DNA from: Cyanophyceae cyanobacterium
Lineage (GTDB): Bacteria > Cyanobacteriota > Cyanobacteriia > Cyanobacteriales > JAAUUE01
NCBI GenBank assembly: GCA_038321825.1
Contig: JBBQFK010000003.1
Location: forward strand, 1-55,289
Length of the DNA stretch: 55,289 nt
Reading direction: 5' to 3'
Positions 20,654-28,648 of this stretch are shown here, in pieces (the first letter of the stretch is position 1; every line of letters begins with the position of its first letter). The notes beneath the pieces are model-generated. The model was not told the origin of the DNA. It worked only from the letters and a program-made list of their open reading frames with translations, and did no database searches. The position numbers were made by a program, and so were the translations under genes.

Positions 20654-21307
20654 CTATTTTCCAGTTCGTGATTTAGCAACTTCACTGTTCAGAACTTCCG
20701 CATGGGTCTGATCTAAATTTTTAGCGGTGTCTTCTTGTTTTTTGATTAGTTGCTCTCCAGGGGAATCAATGGGGGGAACTGGAGGTGGCACGATTTTCCT
20801 AGGGAAAGGCTGCGTCAACGACCCATCAGCCCCAGTATCTAAATTCTCTAGGGAAGTTTGGGAAGGATTTTCTGGGAAAGCTGTAGATTTTGTCGCCGGG
20901 GACTTTTCTGAAGTTTGAGGTGATTTTTGTTGAGAAGAAAGAGAAGAACCCCACACCTGCCAAGCAGCTTTTAAACCTCTAGCCAGACCACGAGCCTTGG
21001 TTTGGAATTTTTGAGCTTGGTTTTTGGCAACTAAAATACTTTGATCCACCTGCTTAATTGCTTCCGCCGCACTCTGTACCCCGCCATTAACTTCCGTTGT
21101 AAGCTCGTTCACTTCTAGCCCCGTGAGGCGAATTATTTCCAAGGTCGGCGGTAGCTCTTGATTCAAAGTTTCAAAGAGTTTTTCTGCACTCTTAGCTGTT
21201 TTTGCCAATTGCCAGAGCGCAGGTAAAGCCGTTGCCAAAAGTACCGTGAGGCTAACAGCCACCAGCACGAGGGAAAGGGCTAACCAAAATAGGGGATTAG
21301 GAACCAA
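20654..21307 (-). CDS. DUF948-like membrane-anchored hypothetical protein (start uncertain)
   Basis: PLFWLALSLVLVAVSLT...AEKLFETL..ELPPTLE.IRLTGLE, usually found downstream of YtxH genes. The longer ORF start at 21511 overlaps ytxH and is unlikely. Confidence 0.65.
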   Translation of the reverse strand: MVPNPLFWLALSLVLVAVSLTVLLATALPALWQLAKTAKSAEKLFETLNQELPPTLEIIRLTGLEVNELTTEVNGGVQSAAEAIKQVDQSILVAKNQAQKFQTKARGLARGLKAAWQVWGSSLSSQQKSPQTSEKSPATKSTAFPENPSQTSLENLDTGADGSLTQPFPRKIVPPPVPPIDSPGEQLIKKQEDTAKNLDQTHAEVLNSEVAKSRTGK

Positions 21308-21389
21308 GGATTGATCCGCCAATATTTGATCAGGGATTCGATCGGGGATTCGATCGAGGATTTGGTTAGTAATTTGGCTAATTAGTTGA

Positions 21390-21722
21390 CTAGTTATTAT
21401 TTCCAAGGTCGTTCGGACGGATGTTAATGGGAGAAGAAGGGTAGGGGGGTTCCATTTGGCTTGCTTCCATACCAGCAGCGATCGCTTCCCGCAGTCTTTC
21501 GAGAGTGCCATCCCAGTTCCGCAGGGCAGTTTCTGAGAATCGATCGGCCTGCATTTGGACAGTGGTACTCAGGTCTTCTGCCAGTTCCGGGAGGGCATCG
21601 GCAGATTTACGGAGGATTTGTCGAGTTTCTCGCCCAGTACGGGGAGCCACTAACAATCCGGTGAGAGTCCCGATCGCCCCTCCTAATAATACTCCAGTAA
21701 TAAACGAGCCTGTTTTTGCCAT
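21390..21722 (-). CDS. YtxH-domain protein
   Basis: GSFITGVLLGGAIG..GLLVAPRTGRETR. Confidence 0.85.
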   Translation of the reverse strand: MAKTGSFITGVLLGGAIGTLTGLLVAPRTGRETRQILRKSADALPELAEDLSTTVQMQADRFSETALRNWDGTLERLREAIAAGMEASQMEPPYPSSPINIRPNDLGNNN

Positions 21723-21937
21723 AATTTCTAATTTCTCCTCACGCCTAAACTCAGTTAATCTTTAACATATTCCTGAGAGTATTTATCTATATTAGCTTGG
21801 ACATCACTGGACATCATTTTAACCCAGAATACTCCGGAAAAAAGGGAAAAAAGCTAGTATTGTTCTTGGGCAGTAGTTACAGCTAGAGTTGCAGCTAGGC
21901 ATGTTCAAGATATGCTCCAAAAAATAAAAAATAGTGA

Positions 21938-23329
21938 TCAAATCATGGAATCAGCTTCCCTAGCTACAACTTTTCCAGATTTGATGGCTTGTACCAAAGC
22001 TTGATAGTCTTGGTTATTTTGTTGAGCATAGGCAGTGGCAAAATCGGCGATCGCTGTCTCAAAGGTTTCACTTTGTCCTAAATATCCGGCAATCTGGGCA
22101 GCATCCCCCGATCGAGCATGGGCCCGAGCCAACGCCCAACCGCAAAATTCTCCATACTCCTGAAAACTAGCCGGAGTTAAGGTATCCAAATCTACGGAGC
22201 TTTTCATATCCCGTAACTGCCGCACATAGAAATGATGCCCAGCCTCACTCTGCATCCAGCCCAAGAAAATATCACTGGCAGCTTGGAGGAGACGTTGCCC
22301 TGTCACCACCCGTCGCCCTTGGTACTCATAGATACTCTTCCGGGCATAGGGTTCAAATACCGATCGCCTCGCCTCTTTGATTTGCAGAAATAATGGATCC
22401 TGATCCCCCGCCATAAATAGGGCAATGGCACACCGAGTCCCCACACTGCCCACCCCCACCACCTTGATCGCCATATCTACCAACTGGTAGCGATCGAACA
22501 ACACCCGCACATCATCCCGGAGACTCGATCGATACTGGGGCAGGGCTGCCTGCATTTCCACCAAGGTTGGATCATGCTCCTCTAAGTGGTAGACCAAGGG
22601 GGGGTTATCGATAATCCGGGGCTGTCCATCTACCATTTGGGTAATTTTGGGCAGGAGTGCACTGGCAGCGTGGTGATTTACGGGTTTATTTTTCAGGAGA
22701 GGTTTTTTATTTTCTGTACTGCTCAACTCCATGATTCTTGCCACTGTCAACTGAGAATACCAGACTTGGAGTGCTGTCATCGTTGCAAACTCTGCCAAAC
22801 GCTGCCGATAACTTCTGACCGTCGCCATCACCGCCGATCGACATTCCTGCTCACTACACTGGATTTCCTGCCCCGCCACCAAGACACTCGCCCCCAAGCG
22901 CTTCACATCCCATTCCCAAGGAGCAGGCAGGGTTTCATCAAAGTCATTGAGATCAAAAATCAAATTCCGCTCTGGAGTCGCAAAAGCCCCAAAATTTAGC
23001 AAGTGGCAATCTCCCACCCCCTGTACCCCCAAACCCGTAGTTGGTGTAGTCGCCAAATCCTCCGCCATCAACAAAGCACTACCCCGCAGAAAAGCAAAGG
23101 GTGATTTTGCCATGCGACCATAGCGAATTGGTAAAAGATTAGTTAGTCTGCCTTGGTTAGATAGCTCTAGTACCTCAATGGGGTCTGGTCGATCGAGGGC
23201 GGGTTGCCATGATCCGTGGCTCGATCGAGGCGTAGCTTTTCTCAGGGCTTTCCCCAGAGCTAATTTCTCTAAAAGTTGGGGCGAAAGTTGCTGAGGCGTA
23301 GGATCAAGGGGATTAGTAGGGATAGACAT
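21938..23329 (-). CDS. DUF2252-family (kinase-like fold) protein
   Basis: PIRYGRM..SPFAFLRGSA, GDCHLLNFG, FDLNDFDE, KVVGVGSVG, YVRQLRDMK, LARAHARSGD. ATG at 23329 preferred. Confidence 0.88.
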   Translation of the reverse strand: MSIPTNPLDPTPQQLSPQLLEKLALGKALRKATPRSSHGSWQPALDRPDPIEVLELSNQGRLTNLLPIRYGRMAKSPFAFLRGSALLMAEDLATTPTTGLGVQGVGDCHLLNFGAFATPERNLIFDLNDFDETLPAPWEWDVKRLGASVLVAGQEIQCSEQECRSAVMATVRSYRQRLAEFATMTALQVWYSQLTVARIMELSSTENKKPLLKNKPVNHHAASALLPKITQMVDGQPRIIDNPPLVYHLEEHDPTLVEMQAALPQYRSSLRDDVRVLFDRYQLVDMAIKVVGVGSVGTRCAIALFMAGDQDPLFLQIKEARRSVFEPYARKSIYEYQGRRVVTGQRLLQAASDIFLGWMQSEAGHHFYVRQLRDMKSSVDLDTLTPASFQEYGEFCGWALARAHARSGDAAQIAGYLGQSETFETAIADFATAYAQQNNQDYQALVQAIKSGKVVAREADSMI

Positions 23330-23445
23330 AGATTTTCTGCTAGAAATTGGGTGAGAATGGGTGAGATGATTCTGAGAATTAGAAATCTGGCAATTATGAA
23401 TCTGGCAATACAAAGGCGATCGCCCCTGATGCAATAATTAAATTT

Positions 23446-24246
23446 ATGGTCAATCATGGTCAGCCCAAAAAAAAGAAGAAACCGCTCATGCCACCGAGAG
23501 ATAGCCTCCTAGACACAATGCCTAAGGAGGCAAGGGTTTGGGCAGAAAATTTATCTTGGAATGAACGTCGTTATCTTCTCTCCATCTGTTATCTGATGAG
23601 CGGCTCCAGCCCTGAAGCCCAAGCAAAATTCCTTGATGAATATACTGCCGATGGCTTGGTATCCAGAATGTTAGCAGATTCGGATACTCTAGAGAAAGTT
23701 AGAACTTACTTGCAAAATCTCCAAGTCACTACTCCCCTCGCTGAGACAGTTTTGCGAGATTATATTCGCCAGTTTTATATCCATTCTGCCCAAGATGTGC
23801 GGGTTCAACCAGAAATTTATCTCGAATCTGCCCTCCGCCTCGTGGGTAAATCTGAGGAAAGGTATGACGTTTTTAACTATATCCTTGGTTTTGAAGTCCT
23901 CAAGATAATTTTCCAGATGAGTTGGCTAGAGCAGGAGCGCCTATACCGAGTCCAGAAAAGTCAAGAGGAGTTTTTTCACAGCTACATCAAGCCGATTCAA
24001 TACACCCATAGAGTTAATGGCATTATTGTCCCCAAGAATGAAAAGATGTTTTTTGCACGCCGGGATTACTATATCCAAAAACCAGCATTAACCCCCAAGA
24101 AAACGCTGGAATTAATCATGGCAACTTTTACAACCAAGGTCGTCATCAACCTCGGATTTTCCTTAATTCGCAATACCAGATTTTTGGTATTTGACTATGA
24201 CTATATTTACAACGCCGAGCCAGAAGAAATATTTCCCAATGGTTAA
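23446..24246 (+). CDS. Conserved cyanobacterial hypothetical protein
   Basis: 266 aa ORF with host-like composition (FYIHSAQD, NYILGFE, YIKPIQ); no catalytic motif recognised. Confidence 0.65.
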   Translation: MVNHGQPKKKKKPLMPPRDSLLDTMPKEARVWAENLSWNERRYLLSICYLMSGSSPEAQAKFLDEYTADGLVSRMLADSDTLEKVRTYLQNLQVTTPLAETVLRDYIRQFYIHSAQDVRVQPEIYLESALRLVGKSEERYDVFNYILGFEVLKIIFQMSWLEQERLYRVQKSQEEFFHSYIKPIQYTHRVNGIIVPKNEKMFFARRDYYIQKPALTPKKTLELIMATFTTKVVINLGFSLIRNTRFLVFDYDYIYNAEPEEIFPNG

Positions 24247-24411
24247 TTCTGAAAAGGGTAGCCTCGTTATATCTTGTTTTAGCAAAAAGAGCTTAATACA
24301 AGTATTTTGATAAATGTACAGCAATGAAAATGATACTAAACTCAAAGAATTGGAATAGGTGAAAGTGGCTCAATTTAACCCTTGAAAATACAGGTAAATT
24401 TCAAAAACTAT

Positions 24412-26526
24412 ATGACAAACAATAATATTTACATAAAATCAATCAACAGTAGCTCAATATATGCTGATGAAGTTAAATCTTTAGGAAAAGCTAATTCAAA
24501 AACTTTATCACTTTTTCCTAACGGTGCTTTTGATGACTATATAAGACAAGGTAATGTTTTGGTGGCATTAGATGAAGATCATTCTTTTCTTGGTTATCTT
24601 TTGTATGGAATCAAGAAAAAAGAAAGAAGGGCTAGAATATATCATCTATGTATAAAAGAAAGTCATTATGGTAAAGGTATAGCGAGGCTATTAATAAAAC
24701 ATATAAAAAATATAACAAGAGACCTTGTTGATATTCATCTTGTATGTCGTCAAGACTACTGTATTGATAATATGTGGGAAAAATTTAGATTTACTCCCAT
24801 GCATGAAAAATCTGGGAATAATAAGTTAGGGAAATTGGTAACTACTTGGGTATACAACCACGGTCATCCAGATCTTTTTTCGGCAAATGTAAGTACAAAA
24901 ACTTTTGTAGTTATTGATGCGTGCGTGTTTTTTGATTTTTATCAGATGAACTTATTAGAAGACATAGATGATCGAGAATCAGCTTATTTATTAGCTGATT
25001 GGCTTCAAGAAGAAATAGAATTATGTACAACTGATGAAATTTATACAGAAATCGGAAAGTATTCTGTTGAAGAAGAAAGAAGCAAGATGCGCTTATTTGC
25101 AGATAGATTTTTAAGACTTCGTTCTCCTTCTGAGCTGTTTGAAAGCGTGTATGAATCAATAAAGAGTTCGTTATTAACAAGTGAAAATCTACTTATTACA
25201 GATGTTAATATTCAACAGATATCTCGAACAATAGCTTCTGGTAAGTCCACATTTATCGTGACTACAGATGTAAATCTTCTGGACTTCTCGAATCGATTAA
25301 GAAAAGAACATGGTATTTTGATAGTCAGTCCAACCGATTTAATAGTTAAATTAGACGAACTTAGAAGAGATGCAGCATATCGACCAGAAAAGTTAGCAGG
25401 CACTCAACTACTGAAAAAAAGAGTAGCCGTAGAAGACAAGCAAATTCTTATAGAAACTTTTACTCTAGACGAAGAGACTGAATTTCAGACTAAGTTTTCT
25501 AGAATACTTGCCGCAACCAATAAATATGAATGTATCGCTGTTTGGGATAACAATACTCCTGTAGCATTATTCGCATATGGTAGAGACAATAAATATGAGC
25601 TTACCGTTCCAATATTTAGAGTTCGCTATAAATCATTATCAGAATCCGAAACTCTCACTAGACATATTACTTGGCGCACAGTTAATTTAGCGGTGTCCGA
25701 AGGAAGAGATTTTACGAGAATAACTGACAACCAAATTGACGACTTTATTATTAGAGTTATTCAAGATGCAGGATTTTCTAGTGATGCAGGATTTTCTAGT
25801 ATAGATAGAGCATGGATTAAAGTCAATTCTAAAATTGCCAAATCAAAAACCGATATATCCGATCATTTAGTCAATATTAGTTCTAATCTTAAGAATGAAT
25901 ACCAAAGTATTTGTAGAATCATTTCTGAGAACCTTATATCAGACGAGGTGTCGAATCCTGAGTTTTTATTTGATCTAGAAAGGCTATTATATCCAACTAA
26001 GATTGTTGATGCAGATATTCCAAATTTCGTAATTCCTATTAAACCCGATTGGGCAAAAGATCTATTTGATGAAGATCTAGCCAGAGAGAATTTATTTGGT
26101 GTAACAAGGTCGGAATTAGCACTTAATTGGGAATCTGTATATTATAGAAGTGTAAAGCCAACACCCCTAAATTTTCAGTATCCCGCACGTATTTTATGGT
26201 ATGTATCTAGTGATAAGGGCGGTGGCTATAGCAAAAAATCTACTATCTCTGCTTGCTCTACGCTTGACGAAGTAGCTATTGGACATCCAGAGGAGCTTTA
26301 TCTAAAATTTCAAAGATTAGGTATTTATGAATGGAAACATATAAAAGGCTTAGCAAAGGGAAGCGATAAAATTATGGCTATTAGATTTAGTAATACAGAA
26401 TTATTTAAACATCCTATTTCTCTACCCATGATACATAAATTTTTAAAAACCGAATCACAGATACAATCGCCAAGACGAGTTACAAACGAAGCATTTTTTC
26501 AAATATATTCTTGTGGAAATTTATAA
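24412..26526 (+). CDS. Multidomain GNAT acetyltransferase-PIN-(GNAT-like)-ASCH/PUA-like fusion protein
   Basis: GNAT motif A HLCIKESHYGKGIARLL; PIN-like VVIDACVF..TDEIYTEI..FIVTTD; C-terminal FVIPIKPDWAKDLF, ESVYYRS, PARILWYVS PUA/ASCH-like region. ATG at 24412 preferred. Confidence 0.75.
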   Translation: MTNNNIYIKSINSSSIYADEVKSLGKANSKTLSLFPNGAFDDYIRQGNVLVALDEDHSFLGYLLYGIKKKERRARIYHLCIKESHYGKGIARLLIKHIKNITRDLVDIHLVCRQDYCIDNMWEKFRFTPMHEKSGNNKLGKLVTTWVYNHGHPDLFSANVSTKTFVVIDACVFFDFYQMNLLEDIDDRESAYLLADWLQEEIELCTTDEIYTEIGKYSVEEERSKMRLFADRFLRLRSPSELFESVYESIKSSLLTSENLLITDVNIQQISRTIASGKSTFIVTTDVNLLDFSNRLRKEHGILIVSPTDLIVKLDELRRDAAYRPEKLAGTQLLKKRVAVEDKQILIETFTLDEETEFQTKFSRILAATNKYECIAVWDNNTPVALFAYGRDNKYELTVPIFRVRYKSLSESETLTRHITWRTVNLAVSEGRDFTRITDNQIDDFIIRVIQDAGFSSDAGFSSIDRAWIKVNSKIAKSKTDISDHLVNISSNLKNEYQSICRIISENLISDEVSNPEFLFDLERLLYPTKIVDADIPNFVIPIKPDWAKDLFDEDLARENLFGVTRSELALNWESVYYRSVKPTPLNFQYPARILWYVSSDKGGGYSKKSTISACSTLDEVAIGHPEELYLKFQRLGIYEWKHIKGLAKGSDKIMAIRFSNTELFKHPISLPMIHKFLKTESQIQSPRRVTNEAFFQIYSCGNL
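25765..25800 (+). repeat. Perfect 18-bp in-frame tandem duplication (DAGFSS x2)
   Basis: GATGCAGGATTTTCTAGT repeated twice. Confidence 0.95.
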
Positions 26527-27065
26527 TGAGTGAAAAACTAATGAAGACTTCGAGTGATGGATACGTTCTATTATTGTCAATTCAGCCAAGGTATGCCGAA
26601 TTGATATTTAATGAAATAAAAGAAGTAGAGCTAAGAAGGGTTCGCCCTAGAGTTGATCGAGGTGATTTTCTTTTTATCTATGTTTCTTCACCTGAGAAAG
26701 TATTATTAGGCTCTTGTGAAGTAAAAGAAGTTAGACAAAGTAGTCCAGATAATCTCTGGAAACTTGTTAACAAAAAATCAGGAATTACAAAAGATGAGTT
26801 TCATGAATACTTTGAAGGTGTTTCTACTGGTTACGCAATTTTTATTCAAAATGTACAAAAATTTAATCAACCAATAGAACTTTCCCAATTACAACAAAAG
26901 TGGGATGGATTTCATCCTCCACAAAGCTATAGATACTTAACTATAGAGGAAGTAGATCTTATTGGGTGCATGGCAAAACATGACATGACCAATATTACTA
27001 AAAGACTTCAGCCTAAATTTCAACAATCTGAACTCAATGTACATCAAATATCCTCTTCAAAGTAA
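26526..27065 (+). CDS. ASCH-domain protein
   Basis: LLLSIQPRYAELIFNEIKEVELRR (GxKxxExR-like, G replaced by E), GDFLFIYVSSP, PPQSYRY; ATG overlaps the upstream stop (TAATG). Confidence 0.85.
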   Translation: MSEKLMKTSSDGYVLLLSIQPRYAELIFNEIKEVELRRVRPRVDRGDFLFIYVSSPEKVLLGSCEVKEVRQSSPDNLWKLVNKKSGITKDEFHEYFEGVSTGYAIFIQNVQKFNQPIELSQLQQKWDGFHPPQSYRYLTIEEVDLIGCMAKHDMTNITKRLQPKFQQSELNVHQISSSK

Positions 27066-27958
27066 TCAGAATCTACTTTTTTGAGTGTATAAGTTTGAAT
27101 TTCACTAACACCTACTCCAAAATCTATCATTAGTTGAGTTAACTTTTCCCCATCAATAAGAATAATTCTTTTTTCAATAATCTTCACATACTCTTTTGCT
27201 TCTTTCGTAAATTGAGATGTAGTAATCATTACCCCTTTTCTAGCTTTCATGCCCTCTAGACTACCAGCAAATGCTTGTACCGCTGGTCTACCAACTGACG
27301 CTTCCCATCTTTTAGCTTGAATATAGATTAAGTCTAGTCCCAAATTATCTTCCTTAATAATTCCATCAATTCCACCATCACCACTCTTCCCAACTGCTTT
27401 TCCAGCATCTTTTCTTGAACCTCCATAACCCATAGCAAGCAATAAATCAATGACAAGTTTCTCAAAAAACTTAGGAGAACAACTCTTGATTTGTTCAATG
27501 AGCCTTTCTCCCAATTCTTTTACCAGTTTCTGATAACTAGTCTCAAAACTTTCTTCAGGAGTTTGATCTGTATCTTCTATTAAATTGGTATCAGGATTTA
27601 TATCGTCGTTTGATTTAATATTCTGAAATTCTTGAAATTCTGCAAATCTTTCTAGAAATCTACGATCAATATATTCGGGATTAGATTTTAATACTTGTTT
27701 CCCTCTTGAAGAAATATAAAATGTTCCTCTTTTGTCACTTTCTAACAACTTTGCTTTTCTTAGATATGTAATAGCCCAACCAATTCTGTTTGCTAGTTTT
27801 GTCTGTCTAGCACTAGGTAGTAGCTCTTTTCTCTCTTCCTCACTTAATTTAAACTGATTTGCTAAAAATTCAACTGTCTGGCTGAGCAAATGTTGTTGTT
27901 CATCACTAGCAACTTCTAATAATGGCAAAAGAAAATCTTGATATGTGGGGATAGTCAT
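27044..27958 (-). CDS. mrr: Mrr-family type IV restriction endonuclease
   Basis: Mrr N-terminal domain IPTYQDFLLPLL...NRIGWAITYL; catalytic GDGGIDG...IQAKRW, KGVMITTS.F, LIDGEKL. Confidence 0.92.
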   Translation of the reverse strand: MTIPTYQDFLLPLLEVASDEQQHLLSQTVEFLANQFKLSEEERKELLPSARQTKLANRIGWAITYLRKAKLLESDKRGTFYISSRGKQVLKSNPEYIDRRFLERFAEFQEFQNIKSNDDINPDTNLIEDTDQTPEESFETSYQKLVKELGERLIEQIKSCSPKFFEKLVIDLLLAMGYGGSRKDAGKAVGKSGDGGIDGIIKEDNLGLDLIYIQAKRWEASVGRPAVQAFAGSLEGMKARKGVMITTSQFTKEAKEYVKIIEKRIILIDGEKLTQLMIDFGVGVSEIQTYTLKKVDSDYFEEDI

Positions 27959-27976
27959 AAAATAAGAAAATTTATG

Positions 27977-28252
27977 GGTCGTGAATCAAAGTTTTGTGAT
28001 GGTTAAAATAGCAAAAATACCATGGCTACACTAAAATATGGAAAAATGGAATATAAGCTTTGTGGTCATCCTCATACCCATAAACATGGCAAAATGCCCA
28101 ATGGTCATCAACGCTATTTTTGCCTCTTGTGTAAACAAACCTTTGTCAAAACCTTCGATACTATTGAAATGTGGTCATTTGTCCAAAAAAACAGAAATAA
28201 TGCCTAGGGAAGGAACTATACCAGCATTATCATAGGCGATCAATCGAACTTG
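27977..28252 (+). mobile_element. Internally deleted IS1-family remnant
   Basis: Fragment with an InsA-like zinc ribbon (CGHPHTHKHGKMPNGHQRYFCLLCKQTF) joined directly to an InsB-like EMWSFVQK. The putative left end GGTCGTGAATCAAAGTT starts at 27977; the right end is degenerate. Confidence 0.7.
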
Positions 28253-28255
28253 ATA

Positions 28256-28648
28256 TTAGGGAACTGCCGCAATGCACTCGATTTCTACTAAGACATCCTT
28301 GGGCAGGCGAGCAACTTCGACGGTGGCTCTGGCAGGGGCTTGTCCTTCGGTGAAATAGAGAGCATAGACTGCATTCATCGCTGGAAAATCTTCCATGTTT
28401 TTGAGAAATACCGTAGTTTTTACAACTTCCTGCCAACCAGTTCCCCCAGCTTTGAGTACCGCCGTAAGATTATGCATTACTTGCTCCGTTTGCTTGGTAA
28501 CATCCCCCGTCCCAATAATTTCTCCACTCAGGGGATCGAGGGGAATTTGCCCTGCTGCAAAGAGGAGTTTACCAGTGGAAATAATTGCTTGATTGTAGGG
28601 GCCAACGGGGGCAGGGGCTTGGTCAGTACGGACAATTTGTTTAGTCAT
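28256..28648 (-). CDS. ridA: RidA/YjgF/UK114 reactive-intermediate deaminase
   Basis: APAPVGPYNQA, GQIPLDP, VVKTTVFL, PARATVEVARLPKDVLVEIECIA. Confidence 0.92.
   Translation of the reverse strand: MTKQIVRTDQAPAPVGPYNQAIISTGKLLFAAGQIPLDPLSGEIIGTGDVTKQTEQVMHNLTAVLKAGGTGWQEVVKTTVFLKNMEDFPAMNAVYALYFTEGQAPARATVEVARLPKDVLVEIECIAAVP

Noticed and set aside
21308-21511. Long N-terminal extension of the DUF948-like ORF
   Set aside because: It overlaps ytxH and runs through a repeat-derived spacer (IPDR repeats); family similarity starts at PLFWL.
23446-24246. Enzymatic assignment such as cobyrinate diamide synthase
   Set aside because: No P-loop or glutamine amidotransferase motifs are visible.
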